Under the pieces are notes generated by a model. That model made no database searches, had not been told where the DNA came from, and saw only the letters and a program-made list of their open reading frames with translations. Positions 12,385 through 25,820 of a DNA stretch of 64,000 nucleotides are shown here, one piece after another (positions within the stretch are counted from its first letter, which is position 1; each line of letters opens with the position of its first letter). The position numbers and the translations under genes are program-made. Source of the DNA: Octopus bimaculoides (Eukaryota). The stretch lies in the NCBI RefSeq assembly GCF_001194135.2, contig NC_069002.1, forward strand, positions 8,797,990 through 8,861,989, in the 5' to 3' direction.

Positions 12385-13174
12385 AAAAATTAAAAGCATT
12401 ATCTTTACTATCGAGATTTCATGCAGATGTTGTCCTTAGGTAATTTCCACCTCATTTAACTTTCTACCAATGTTAAAATCAATATAACTGTCGTTGCTTC
12501 TTTTAATACATTTCAGTTTAGTGTCAAACTATATGATGCACTACCATACTTAGTTCCATTTTGTTATGATCTGAGTTCATATCCCGCAGGTATCGTCTTC
12601 AACTTTTATTTCCTTACAGTCACAGCGGTGCCAATGTGTGAGAAATTATTACACATTATTGTACGAATGTCTGATCTAATTAGATTATTTAATCATAAAT
12701 GAGAATGGAAATTCGTGTTATTCACTCATATTGTCGCCGAAAACAACGATAATTGTTTTTGAAAAAAAATGCAATTATCACCTGAAAAGTTTACGTATTA
12801 AAGCAAAAACGATAAAATAAAAGAATCTAGAACATAGGTGTTAGAAAGTAATGCATGAGTCGATTAGAAATAATTCCATGTGAATATATGGAGGTGTTGG
12901 TGGTAGGAATTAAATGCGTCTGTAGAAATGGTGTGGGACGGGTCGGTTCGAAAACCCTTGCTTGGTGTGAAATACAGTCAATATTGGTAGCGTTAATTAA
13001 CTGTTATGGGTGTTAATTTATTTCTATAATTATTGAGGAAATTGTTATTTTAATCCAGAAAATATGTGTAGGGCCAATATTTGCATAAATAGTATGTAAA
13101 TATGAGAGTTTAATGCATATACGTATATATGTCCATATGTTTGTGTGTGTGTGTGTGTGTGTGTNNNNNNNNNN

Positions 13175-13208
<34 letters not shown>

Positions 13209-13467
13209 GTGCAGACCAGTTCGAGCGAAGCATTGTGTGATATTTCAAGTCAAACTTGTTCAAAAGCCAATACATTGTGAATTAAAATATAGAGAAAATG
13301 AAAATAGAAGAGCAGTTTACACCTTATTTTATATGTCAATATTTCGGTGTTAATAACACTTTCTCAAAGCAAAATGGAGGACGGTGCCGAGCTGGAAATT
13401 TTCACCAGATATGTGGGTGGAGTGTGTAACTTGCACAGACTGGTTTACAATTCAATACAAGTGTTTT

Positions 13468-13740
13468 GTTGTTGTTGTTGGCACTCCGTCGCTTACGACG
13501 TCGAGGGTTCCAGTTGATCCGATCAACGGAACAGCCTGCTCGTGAAATTAACGTGCATGTGGCTGAGCACTCCATAGAAACGTGTACCCTACCCTTTACG
13601 TAGTTCTCGGGGATATTCAGCGTGACACAGTGTGACAAGGCTGACCCTTTGAATTACAGGTACAACAGAAACAGGAAGTAAAAGTGAGAGAAGGTTGCGG
13701 TGAAAGAGTACAGCAGGGTTCGCCACCATCCCCTGCATTG
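13468..13740 (-). mobile_element. SINE family D, 5'-truncated, followed by a B-tail fragment on + (about 13755-13890)
   Basis: Near-identical to 52630-52880 (ggcactccgtcgcttacgacgtcgagggttccagttgatccgatcaacgg...), with a (TTG)n tail. Confidence 0.9.
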
Positions 13741-14479
13741 TCTATGTCCCGGCAATGTAACGTAACGGTTCGGCAAAAGTTTCTGATAGAAGTACCAAGC
13801 TTTATAAGTACTGCAGTCGATTTCTTTGACTAAAACCCTTCGAAGTGGCACCCAAGGATAGCCAAAGTCCAATGTCTGAAACAAAAGTAAATTTTAAAAA
13901 ATCTAAAAACAAGGATAAAAGAAGATAACTTGTATATATTTTACCCGAGTATTTGTCATAAGGATAGGATTTATAGATAACAAATCACAAGTACCTACAT
14001 CTTTCCTACGATTTTCACATTTAGAGGGTTTCGTGGAACATCATAAGTACACGTATCATCCGTTTTACGATAATACTTAGTATCTATGACTATTTCGCTA
14101 TCATTTTTCTTACAATCTTACCACGAACCGTTCTTATAAATTTTCATACTTTCTAACTACTCCATTCGAAAATGTGTAGCATATACAAAATATATCCTCT
14201 CAAGTTCTTTTTAAGATATTTTAAAACCATTTTCCTGTTTCGTATATATATTCTGACCGAGTGGTTTGTTCCGGCCCGAATAAATAATTACAGAAAAAGA
14301 AATATAAGTTGTTTTTTCATTATTCAGTAAGTTGTCATATATAAAATACGTTCTCGAGTCCTTTAAGGAGATTTGCCATTAGGATCTTTATTATTGTATT
14401 TTTCAACAGAGGCGAGTCATTCTTCATTACTAATGGGTTCACTATAAATTTTTTGTAATATGAGAAACATATACACGAT

Positions 14480-14630
14480 CTAGCTGTGTGGATAAGACGC
14501 TCGCTCTGCAACCGCGGTGATTTGGGTTCGGTTCCTCTGCGTGGTATCTTGGGTAAGTGTTTCTACAATATCTCCAAGCTCATCAATGTTTTGTGAGTGA
14601 GTTTGGTAGATGGAAACTGCGGAGGCCAAT
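14480..14630 (+). mobile_element. SINE family A head, old copy
   Basis: gctgtgtgg...gggttcggttcc.ctgcgtggtatcttgggtaagtg...ttggtagatggaaactg. Confidence 0.7.
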
Positions 14631-14875
14631 CACATACACCCACGCCCATATGTACACACATATGTACGCATAGGTGTGTGTATACATATCTGTATATGTG
14701 TGTATATGTATATATATATGTATGGATGGATGGATAGATGGATGGATAAGAATTTATACACTTCGAGGGAACGTGAAATAATTCTTTTCTGGAGCGGTGA
14801 AAGTCGAAGCAGATGATGTTGTAAAATATTTACACACTATTATATGTATACGTGTATTTATGTGTATATATATAC

Positions 14876-14930
<55 letters not shown>

Positions 14931-15019
14931 GTATGGATTTATGTATATGTATATGCTTGTGTTAATCCGTCATCCCCACCCTTGTCACTTCCCAACCTGT
15001 CTTGATTTGTTTATGTCCA

Positions 15020-15690
15020 TATAACATAGTGGTTCGGCAAAAGGAACGATAGAATACTACAAGACTTTAAAATATGTACTGGGGCCAATTTGTTTGACTG
15101 AAACTCTTTTAGGTGATGCTCCAGCATGATCGCAATCCAATGAGTAAAACAAGTAAAAGATGAAGGATGAAAGACCTTGACAGTTCTGCATATAAACGTG
15201 TACTTAAAAAAGTGGTACAGTCCCCTTTAATGAATGTGTTCCACACAGCAAAATGTTAGTCCTGATAGACACATTCTTTTATTCTTTTATTCTTTTACTT
15301 GCTTCAGTAATTTAAAGGCGGTCTTACAAAAGAAATAATAAGCCCTGTGGTCGATTCATTCGACTAAACTTGCTCTAGGTGTTGCCACAGCAAGGTCGTA
15401 GTCTGACTGAAGCAAGTACAAGAGAGAATTCAAAATTAAAAAAAAGAACAACAGTCCTTCCCGAGCCAAAGACTTATAAGGGATGTTTCCCGGACTCTGT
15501 GGCGTATATATTCCTTCCACTGGACCGGATACCGGTTGGTTCGCAGGATTACTTACTTTTAGAAGTTAAGAAGACTGAAGCAACATATAGTGAAATGCTT
15601 CGCTCAGGAACGCAACTCATCGCCTCGCCTAAGAATTGAAACCACAATCTTACGATCGTAACTGTAGTACTTTAACCGATAAGCCATGTG
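15020..15690. mobile_element. Cluster of decayed SINE fragments (B tails in both orientations and a tRNA-headed copy on minus)
   Basis: cggcaaaag..gatagaata, gctccagcatg, aacaagtaaaaga; tRNA B-box-like attgaaaccacaatc at about 15635. Confidence 0.6.
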
Positions 15691-16018
15691 TCTCTCCCAA
15701 TATATCATCATTTTCATAAAATTACATTTATGAACTTCCAGAGCAAAACATAATTACAATATACGATGCAGATATACAAGTTTTCAATAATAGCATTTTA
15801 TATTTATTGAGTTTTTTAAACATATTTAATAGTTATATGTTGCTTAAATTGGATTTATAGATATTTTTTAACAAAACTTGATCTTACAGTGTGTCTTATT
15901 TAATCCAGCTAGATACTTCGAAACAAAAATACACGCATACACAGCCATTTCCATATACAAGTAAGTATGCAATATATATGTGTGTATATATGTAGTATGA
16001 TAATATATATATGTATAC

Positions 16019-16050
<32 letters not shown>

Positions 16051-16063
16051 GTATGTATATGTG

Positions 16064-16109
<46 letters not shown>

Positions 16110-16112
<3 letters not shown>

Positions 16113-16270
16113 TTTCATTTGTTTCAGTCATTTGACTGCGGCCACGCTGGAGCACCGCGTTTAGTCGAACAAATCGACCCCATGACTTATTCTTTGTAAG
16201 CCTATTACTTATTCTATCGGTCGCTTTTGCCGAACCGTTAAGGTAAGGGGACGTGAACACACCAACATCT
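16110..16270 (-). mobile_element. SINE B tail
   Basis: ttgtttcagtcatttgactgcggccacgctggagcaccg..tagtcga..tcgacccc..gacttattctttgtaagcct. Confidence 0.88.
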
Positions 16271-17089
16271 ACACTACCACCTACACCACCACCTACACTA
16301 CCACTTACACCACCACCACTTACAAATCCTCTTCCTCCTCCTTCTCTTCCTTTTCAGTCAATTCCAGTGATTTCACATTTTTCTTTAAAATTACAAACTG
16401 ACAAAACATTGAGATAGAGAGAAGTTACGGAGTTCATGCCTTCACCGCCCAAGATTATTAAACAACCTAAGTGAAGCGCTCACACAAATTCCGCACCACC
16501 ATCACATTTTTCAAAATATTAATTGCTTAATTGTTTAATTAGCTAAATACTTCATTAATTTTCATTTCGATTAAATCAATTGGTTTTTATTCAACTGCAT
16601 CATCATCGTCGTCAACATCATAATCATCATCGCCATCGTCATAATCACACACATGATCATCACCAACACCACCATCACCACCATCATTACCATCATTATT
16701 TACCATCATCATTATCGTCATCATCGTCATCATCGTCATCATTTTGTTTCAATGATTCATAACTGCAAAATAAATCAAATAAGAAATTTTGAAAAAAAAA
16801 TAAAATAACGGATAAATTTGATTAAATCCACAAAAAAATGTATCGGAAATAAACTTATAGAATATAATTTTTCTACTGAAGAACTCATTATTTGTTTGTT
16901 TGTTTTTATCTTTAATGAAATAATAACAACAACAATAATAATGATAATAATGTTTTTTTTTATGAAACGCTGAAGGTTCACAAATACACGCTGAGGACGG
17001 TACAGGACACTACAATACAAATAAAGTGGGATTACAGAATAAGAAAGACGTGTAAGCAAAAGAATAATAAATAACATCCTAATAATCTA

Positions 17090-17400
17090 AAGAGGCTGAT
17101 TTTCCAAGGACTGCGCGTGGAAACCCCACAAGACCACGATCCACCTCATCTCTAGGGCAAGTGTCCTCGCTTCTTCATTCACTCTCAGTCTAGAAGCGCA
17201 ATACGTTCACCCACCATGCCTATCCCCTTTCACCCTCACTTTCCTTTTCAAGTGAAATTTGAAAAATTGATGAGAGCTTGGGGGAAGCGGAAAATACTTG
17301 CCCTTAGCCTTTTTAGTCGCCTCCGCCATGCAACTATTTTCGCTGTGACCATCAGCCAAAGAAACACTGCTGATAGCACAGGCTTGAGACGTAACAGTGG
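17090..17400 (-). mobile_element. 3' end of an L1/Tx1-type LINE (ORF2 C-terminus plus 3' UTR), frameshifted
   Basis: Minus-strand peptides AVFLWLMVTAKIVAWRRRLK and QALINFFKFHLKRKVRV resemble the C-terminal W..R / FF...L..K.R pattern of L1/Tx1 ORF2. Confidence 0.55.
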
Positions 17401-18527
17401 CGACGAGGATTTCGTAGCTCACACAGCCACTGTATAGTATTGAGATATAACAGTGTTTCCTTATATTTATCTGTTTCCCTTTGCTTGTTCCTAATTAATT
17501 TTGTAGTCCTACTATTGCTATTTTCTAGTAGTTCTTTATCTATACCAAGCTTCCGCCACCACTACCTTTTTATGCAAAATAGATATATTCTGTCAGCTTT
17601 TGGATGTGAGCTTCTGAAGGCCGTCAGTAATTTCTTGCTTTTCAGTCTAAACTTTTTAATTCTCTCGACTTTTAGTCGATTATATTGGAGCTGTAATTTA
17701 TAACTGGGATGACTAACATATTTGTGAAGTTTTTAATGACAGAGATGATCGTTAACTGTAAAGAGACAGTGTATGCAGTGAAAATGAGATCTAAATGTTG
17801 GTTCTAATGACATAACTTAACGTTGATTTCAATAAAATCGCCCGGAGGTGATTATAATGTCACAGCTCTAGGTTTTAGCTGTAATGAAACGGTGTTTATA
17901 GTAATGAGAGCTTAGAAGTATTTTTAAAGATACACCTCAAAGGTGGTCGGAATTAAATAGTTTAGCAATGGATGTAATGTCTCAAATCTGTATATATATA
18001 TATATATNNNNNNNNNNNNNNNNNNNNNNNNNNNNNNNNNNNNNNNNNNNNNNNNNNNNNNNNNNNNNNNNNNNNNNNNNNNNNNNNNNNNNNNNNNNNN
18101 NNNNNNNNNNNNNNNNNNNNNNNNNNNNNNNNNNNNNNNNNNNNNNNNNNNNNNNNNNNNNNNNNNNNNNNNNNNNNNNNNNNNNNNNNNNNNNNNNNNN
18201 NNNNNNNNNNNNNNNNNNNNNNNNNNNNNNNNNNNNNNNNNNNNNNNNNNNNNNNNNNNNNNNNNNNNNNNNNNNNNNNNNNNNNNNNNNNNNNNNNNNN
18301 NNNNNNNNNNNNNNNNNNNNNNNNNNNNNNNNNNNNNNNNNNNNNNNNNNNNNNNNNNNNNNNNNNNNNNNNNNNNNNNNNNNNNNNNNNNNNNNNNNNN
18401 NNNNNNNNNNNNNNNNNNNNNNNNNNNNNNNNNNNNNNNNNNNNNNNNNNNNNNNNNNNNNNNNNNNNNNNNNNNNNNNNNNNNNNNNNNNNNNNNNNNN
18501 NNNNNNNNNNNNNNNNNNNNNNNNNNN

Positions 18528-18574
<47 letters not shown>

Positions 18575-18577
<3 letters not shown>

Positions 18578-18790
18578 TGTGTCGGTTTGTCTCCCCAGCA
18601 TCGCTTGACAACCGATGCTGTCGTGTTTGCGTCCCCGTAACTTAGCGGTTCGGCAAAAGAGGACGATAGAATAAGTACAAGGCTTAGAAAGAATAAGCTC
18701 TAGGGTCAATTTGCTCGACTATAAAGGCGGTGCTCCAGCATGGCCACAGTCAAATGACTGAAACAAGTAAAAGAGAGTAAAAGAGAGTAT
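18575..18790 (+). mobile_element. SINE B tail after (TG)n and a gap
   Basis: catcgcttgacaaccgatgctg..cgtccccgtaacttagcggttcggcaaaagag..ggcggtgctccagcatggcc..gtcaaatgactgaaacaagtaaaagag. Confidence 0.9.
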
Positions 18791-19524
18791 ATATATATAT
18801 ATATATATATATGTAAAATTTATGAACACTGTATATATATATGTAGAGGGTGTTCACAAATTCTCGTTACAGCTTCCGTAATTTATTATATTGTATCGTC
18901 TAGACGTGTTGCGTGCAACCAATAAAACCTGTGTCGAATTGTTCTGGTGATAACTATACTGTTATCCTTCTGTTTCATTTTTCTCAATTTCTCTATGTAT
19001 ATATGTATGTATGTATGGATGGATGGATGGATGTATACATGCAGATTTGTATGTGTTGTTTTATGTATGTCTTCTCATACATATAGTTGTATATCTAGTG
19101 TGGTATAGTGAAACTTTATAGCCCTTCCCGTTAAAAAGTGGTAGTATAATTAAAACAATGTCATATTTTAAACCTGAGAAACGTCTTGCATAGTTCTACT
19201 GTGTGCGTCCGTGTGTATAGTTGTGGGTTGTATCGAAACAGTTCAGCGTTAGATGTATTGAAGTGGCTCAGTGATGGTTGTAATGACACAACGGAGATAT
19301 GCTTCTTTTTAAATAATTTATTGACGGTTGCAATAACATAGCTCATTAATGATTGCCGGAATAACTCCTACATTTGATGGAATAACACAGTTTAAATGTA
19401 CTAATAACACAACCTCACAACAGCAAGAAAATTGACTTAATCTCTTGTGCTTTTTTTGTTTGTTTTTTACTCAGGAGTCTCTACTACAAATTGATTTTTG
19501 CGCTGAGACTTAAGTAACTGATAT

Positions 19525-19560
19525 TCACAGCCAATGAAATGTACGTAAGATGACGTAAGT
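19525..19560. promoter_or_regulatory. CCAAT box plus CRE/bZIP-like sites
   Basis: AGCCAATGA followed within 25 nt by TACGTAA and ATGACGTAA. Confidence 0.3.
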
Positions 19561-20617
19561 AAATATTTAAACAAACTTTTCTGCTTTGTTTTACTTTCTA
19601 TACATACATATATACGTATGTATATATGTATGCATGTATGCATATATATATATNNNNNNNNNNNNNNNNNNNNNNNNNNNNNNNNNNNNNNNNNNNNNNN
19701 NNNNNNNNNNNNNNNNNNNNNNNNNNNNNNNNNNNNNNNNNNNNNNNNNNNNNNNNNNNNNNNNNNNNNNNNNNNNNNNNNNNNNNNNNNNNNNNNNNNN
19801 NNNNNNNNNNNNNNNNNNNNNNNNNNNNNNNNNNNNNNNNNNNNNNNNNNNNNNNNNNNNNNNNNNNNNNNNNNNNNNNNNNNNNNNNNNNNNNNNNNNN
19901 NNNNNNNNNNNNNNNNNNNNNNNNNNNNNNNNNNNNNNNNNNNNNNNNNNNNNNNNNNNNNNNNNNNNNNNNNNNNNNNNNNNNNNNNNNNNNNNNNNNN
20001 NNNNNNNNNNNNNNNNNNNNNNNNNNNNNNNNNNNNNNNNNNNNNNNNNNNNNNNNNNNNNNNNNNNNNNNNNNNNNNNNNNNNNNNNNNNNNNNNNNNN
20101 NNNNNNNNNNNNNNNNNNNNNNNNNNNNNNNNNNNNNNNNNNNNNNNNNNNNNNNNNNNNNNNNNNNNNNNNNNNNNNNNNNNNNNNNNNNNNNNNNNNN
20201 NNNNNNNNNNNNNNNNNNNNNNNNNNNNNNNNNNNNNNNNNNNNNNNNNNNNNNNNNNNNNNNNNNNNNNNNNNNNNNNNNNNNNNNNNNNNNNNNNNNN
20301 NNNNNNNNNNNNNNNNNNNNNNNNNNNNNNNNNNNNNNNNNNNNNNNNNNNNNNNNNNNNNNNNNNNNNNNNNNNNNNNNNNNNNNNNNNNNNNNNNNNN
20401 NNNNNNNNNNNNNNNNNNNNNNNNNNNNNNNNNNNNNNNNNNNNNNNNNNNNNNNNNNNNNNNNNNNNNNNNNNNNNNNNNNNNNNNNNNNNNNNNNNNN
20501 NNNNNNNNNNNNNNNNNNNNNNNNNNNNNNNNNNNNNNNNNNNNNNNNNNNNNNNNNNNNNNNNNNNNNNNNNNNNNNNNNNNNNNNNNNNNNNNNNNNN
20601 ATATATATACGTATGCA

Positions 20618-20653
<36 letters not shown>

Positions 20654-21998
20654 CATATATATATAATAAAAGTTACAGCTGCGAAAAATTGTATAATTAA
20701 TACCAACATCAGTGCTTGTTATCAATAAAATTACACGCGTAATTTGTACACAGCGACATTTCCACGCGTTACAAAAAAAATTATGTCTAAACGAAAAAAG
20801 ATCAATATATATATTTAATATTTTTCTCTTTATGAATGCTTTTGAACTTCTGATTTTTCCATCAAAATCGTATGACCTGTAATTCCGTTGGCATGTATTT
20901 TATGACCTGTAATTTTGTTAAAATATACTTTATGAAAACACTAACCAAAGGCAACGGAATGATAAGCACGGAGAACGTTGATAGTGTTGTTTTTTTTTTC
21001 TTTAATTAATACTATCACTAGTGTTGTACTTGGTTTGCGAGATTCTTAATGTAATTTCGCGTGTTAAAACATATTTAGTAGTATCTTGGGTGGGGGGTCA
21101 TTATGCAAATGATAAACACACGCACTGATTCTATTTCACTTCTTTTTGTCGAACATACAAATAAAGACAGAGAGTGTAAATACAGAGTAAACAATCGATG
21201 AAGACAAACATTAAGGGTCGTTAGGGCAAAGTGAATTGTAATGAGTAACGCCTGAGAGAAAATTTGAAAGAATATAGAATAAATATAGAATAAATATAGA
21301 ATAAATATAGAATAAATAGAAGAGAAGAAAACAGTAGAAAATAAAACATCGGGAGCCGAGAAAAATAACATCCAACCCGGTGAACGTCAAGTCCAGAAAA
21401 AGAAAGGGGCAATAGAAAAGACCTGTAGTCACATGTGAGCAACAGAGGTTGAGAGGAAGGGAGACAAGAGAGAGGATGAGGGAAAGAAACAAAAGGAGTG
21501 AAGAGAAGAGAGAAGAAACGACAGATAGTAAGGAGTGGAACGAACACGGGTAGAGGAAGCAAAGAAGGTTATAGTGGGATAGAGAGAAAGACAGAAAACA
21601 ATGTGTAGTCGCAGGAATTATATATAGATGTAAGAACTTATTGTTGGCATAACTTTACACACACACTTATATATATATGTATATGTACCTCCTAGATTTC
21701 GATTATCTCCCCTATACTGGAAGAAATCCCTAATCCCCCTATCTAGAACTCTTCTTTTTCAGACTGGAGCGAACACGTTACAATGAAGTAGAGAAATTTG
21801 AAAAGACAACACGAAACCGGTTATTTCTCAAAATACAATGTTTATATACCAAAAAGATTTTATAACATTTTTCTAACATTTTTCTGACATAATTTAAATA
21901 TATACTTTAACCATGTAACACAAGCCTTCTGTAGATTTTTCACTCTTATCATCTTTTATACATCCAACCACGTGCTTTCATATACCAACTTTCTCACC

Positions 21999-22030
<32 letters not shown>

Positions 22031-22716
22031 TATATNNNNNNNNNNNNNNNNNNNNNNNNNNNNNNNNNNNNNNNNNNNNNNNNNNNNNNNNNNNNNNNNN
22101 NNNNNNNNNNNNNNNNNNNNNNNNNNNNNNNNNNNNNNNNNNNNNNNNNNNNNNNNNNNNNNNNNNNNNNNNNNNNNNNNNNNNNNNNNNNNNNNNNNNN
22201 NNNNNNNNNNNNNNNNNNNNNNNNNNNNNNNNNNNNNNNNNNNNNNNNNNNNNNNNNNNNNNNNNNNNNNNNNNNNNNNNNNNNNNNNNNNNNNNNNNNN
22301 NNNNNNNNNNNNNNNNNNNNNNNNNNNNNNNNNNNNNNNNNNNNNNNNNNNNNNNNNNNNNNNNNNNNNNNNNNNNNNNNNNNNNNNNNNNNNNNNNNNN
22401 NNNNNNNNNNNNNNNNNNNNNNNNNNNNNNNNNNNNNNNNNNNNNNNNNNNNNNNNNNNNNNNNNNNNNNNNNNNNNNNNNNNNNNNNNNNNNNNNNNNN
22501 NNNNNNNNNNNNNNNNNNNNNNNNNNNNNNNNNNNNNNNNNNNNNNNNNNNNNNNNNNNNNNNNNNNNNNNNNNNNNNNNNNNNNNNNNNNNNNNNNNNN
22601 NNNNNNNNNNNNNNNNNNNNNNNNNNNNNNNNNNNNNNNNNNNNNNNNNNNNNNNNNNNNNNNNNNNNNNNNNNNNNNNNNNNNNNNNNNNNNNNNNNNN
22701 NNNNNNNNNNNNNNNN

Positions 22717-22760
<44 letters not shown>

Positions 22761-22767
22761 CACACGT

Positions 22768-22920
22768 ATATTCAATGGGCTTCCACAGTTCCTGTGTACC
22801 AAATTCACTCACAATGCGTTATTCGGCCCAGGACAATAATAGAAGACACTTACCGGGGGTGATGCAAAGCGGGACTGAACCCGAAACCACGTGGTTGCAA
22901 TGCGTGATTGCACCTACAGC
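22768..22920 (-). mobile_element. SINE family A head, old copy
   Basis: ccaaattcactcaca..tcggcccagg..agaagacactt..gggactgaacccgaaaccacgtggttg. Confidence 0.75.
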
Positions 22921-22992
22921 TATAACAATACAACTATGATCTTTCGCAACTTACTGTAAAGCGCGCAACCAATAGACCGTTATTATTACTAT

Positions 22993-23044
22993 GACTTCAT
23001 CCTAATAATGAGGCCGGGAAGGTCTCGAAAACGTTAATGAAGTT
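22993..23044 (+). ncRNA. Decayed minimal hammerhead ribozyme motif
   Basis: Stem I gacttcat/atgaagtt, stem II gaggcc-gggaa-ggtctc, GAAA, palindromic AACGTT stem III; core reads CTAATAA (two G-to-A changes from CTGATGA). Confidence 0.45.
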
Positions 23045-23154
23045 ATAGATTTAGGAATGCTTTTGTACCAGACTGGAACATAAATGATTTATCGGGAAGT
23101 GTGAAACGTCTTTAACAGAAAAAATATCAAATTTGAATATCATGGGTCTTTAAT

Positions 23155-23207
<53 letters not shown>

Positions 23208-23838
23208 GATTGTGTTTTTCTTTCAATGAACAATTGACGTAGCTGTCAGATGCTTAATGATGGAGAATTGAACCCAAACATTATTGGAATAAAAACAATT
23301 TTCCAGTTCCAGCTATTTTATATTTTATTATTGTTAAATATATTTCTTTATTTTTACATTTCTGTGTTTTTTTTTCTANNNNNNNNNNNNNNNNNNNNNN
23401 NNNNNNNNNNNNNNNNNNNNNNNNNNNNNNNNNNNNNNNNNNNNNNNNNNNNNNNNNNNNNNNNNNNNNNNNNNNNNNNNNNNNNNNNNNNNNNNNNNNN
23501 NNNNNNNNNNNNNNNNNNNNNNNNNNNNNNNNNNNNNNNNNNNNNNNNNNNNNNNNNNNNNNNNNNNNNNNNNNNNNNNNNNNNNNNNNNNNNNNNNNNN
23601 NNNNNNNNNNNNNNNNNNNNNNNNNNNNNNNNNNNNNNNNNNNNNNNNNNNNNNNNNNNNNNNNNNNNNNNNNNNNNNNNNNNNNNNNNNNNNNNNNNNN
23701 NNNNNNNNNNNNNNNNNNNNNNNNNNNNNNNNNNNNNNNNNNNNNNNNNNNNNNNNNNNNNNNNNNNNNNNNNNNNNNNNNNNNNNNNNNNNNNNNNNNN
23801 NNNNNNNNNNNNNNNNNNNNNNNNNNNNNNNNNNNNNN

Positions 23839-23948
23839 AAGAAGAAGAAGAAGAAGAAGAAGAAGAAGAAGAAGAAGAAGAAGAAGAAGAAGAAGAAGAA
23901 GAAGAAGAAGAAGAAGAAGAAGAAGAAGAAGAAGAAGAAGAAGAAGAA
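23839..23948. repeat. (GAA)n microsatellite
   Basis: Directly visible next to a gap. Confidence 0.98.
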
Positions 23949-24431
23949 ATAATTATAGAATCAAATTGAAAGTTTGCAAGAAAACTGAAAGATACCAAAA
24001 TCAAAAATACAAAAAAAAATTATTATATTTATTTATTAATGTTGATTGTTGAATATAAAGTAATGAGGATTGGAAAATATTGTTGAGGGGGGTGAGAGAG
24101 TGGAAGAGAATAAGAATAGGGTGGGGTGAGGATATAAATTGAGGAGGAGAGAGAGAATAAGGAGGGAGGTTGAGAAAGAGGAAGAGAGAGACACAGAGAG
24201 CGATGAGAAAATAGGCAGGGGTAAAGAGACGGAAGGGCAGGAGAAAAAAACGAGTTGAGAGAGAGAGAGGGGGGGGTAAATAGGAAAAATTGAGAGATGA
24301 GAGACCGGTCAATAAAAATGAAATGTGTGAGAGAAGGTAGAGGGAAAAGAGAAAGAGGAGAGAGAGAGAAGTGAAAATAGAAAGAGGGAGAGGTGTACGT
24401 AGAAGAGAAGAAAAGAAATGAATGAGGAGTG

Positions 24432-24469
<38 letters not shown>

Positions 24470-24559
24470 AAACTGATAGGGAGATGAGAAGAGAAGAAGG
24501 TAAAAAAAAAGAAAGACAGGGAGATTTTGTGATTGTGTGAGAAATGTGAAAATTTCTTT

Positions 24560-24725
24560 TCTACTCTAGGCACAAGGCCCGAAATTTTGGGGAAAGTGGG
24601 CCCAGTCAATTAGATCGATCCCGGTACGCAACTGTTACTTAATTTTTCGACCCAGAAAAGATGAAAGGCAAAGTCGAAACCTCTATCTCGCGATCGAGAA
24701 TGCAACACCCAAACGACCACGCCAC
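24560..24725 (-). mobile_element. SINE family C fragment fused to a tRNA-head fragment
   Basis: ggcacaaggcc.gaaatttt..tcgacccagaaaagatgaaaggcaaagtcga then cgatcgagaatgcaacacc..accacgccacgc. Confidence 0.7.
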
Positions 24726-25539
24726 GCATTATTTGTTCGTGCAAGATTATATGACAATAATGGTTTAGCCCATTATAAAGCAGATTGTTATTGCAATAAT
24801 GGTTTAGTCCAAACTAGTATTTTACATTAGCTTGTATCAATGATAAAATCAATTTATAATTTAAATATCACTGATCTTCCAATAATAAAATCAAATTTTG
24901 TTATCCGGTGCAGCGAACAATTTGCAATATCAGTACATTTGTTATACATATTGACGATACCATAAATTGGTGTTATATTTTCTATATTTAATAATTTATG
25001 AAATTTTGATTTAAAAATACAGAAAAGATCAGATCAGATTTATTCAGAGGAAATCAATCAGCAACATTGATTATAGGTGATTCCTATAGACATTCTTTGT
25101 ATCTAATGAAATATTGAATGCAATTGGCTCATTCAATCATGCCTTCAATTCCATATTTGCTGTAATATCGATAAATGAAGGAACATTGTGTGTTTGGGGT
25201 GGAGTATGTCACGAAACAGGACCTTAAAATGTATTAACACTTTACTTTCAGAACCCATTTTGCGCCATATCTTCTTTTGTACCAGCAGTTTAATCATGTT
25301 ATAAATTAAGCATTTTATTTCCATTTCTTATTTTTTAACCATATTTTTAAAAATGAACTGGCACCCTGTCGTTTAGGATGACAAAATTTACTAACAGAAG
25401 TAACTTCATAAATTTCACTTCAATCCGCACACCTCGTTAAATTCGTCTACAAATTTCTTATTTACTTTTGCGACGTTTCGTGTTGTTTTGCTGTTGACGG
25501 AATAACTGGGGTTTTTTTTTTTTTTTGGTTACAAAATAA

Positions 25540-25772
25540 GCTACACAAAACGTGTTTTTAAATTACGTGTATTTACCGTATATACATATATAAGTTGAAA
25601 ACTTTCTTTTAACATTTCACGTAACGTCTATGTTCCACGCTGTCATGAGTTGGAGAGTTATTAGTGGAGAAACTTGGTATCTCAACTACTAGCAATTGAG
25701 ACTTGCGTAATCTAGACAGCAATTTTACATTTCATTATTCTCTTTAATCCGGGCAACGCCGAGTATTTCTGC

Positions 25773-25775
<3 letters not shown>
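25540..25775 (-). mobile_element. Non-autonomous Helitron-like repeat fragment
   Basis: Minus strand begins tagcagaaatactcggcgttgcccgga, like the ACTAGC..CCCGGCGTTGCCCGG termini I associate with microsatellite-linked invertebrate rolling-circle elements; shares ctccaactcatg with about 52480. Confidence 0.4.

Positions 25776-25820
<45 letters not shown>

Noticed and set aside
21268-21320. 11-bp tandem repeat (AATATAGAATA) about four times
   Set aside because: Ordinary short minisatellite with no further structure
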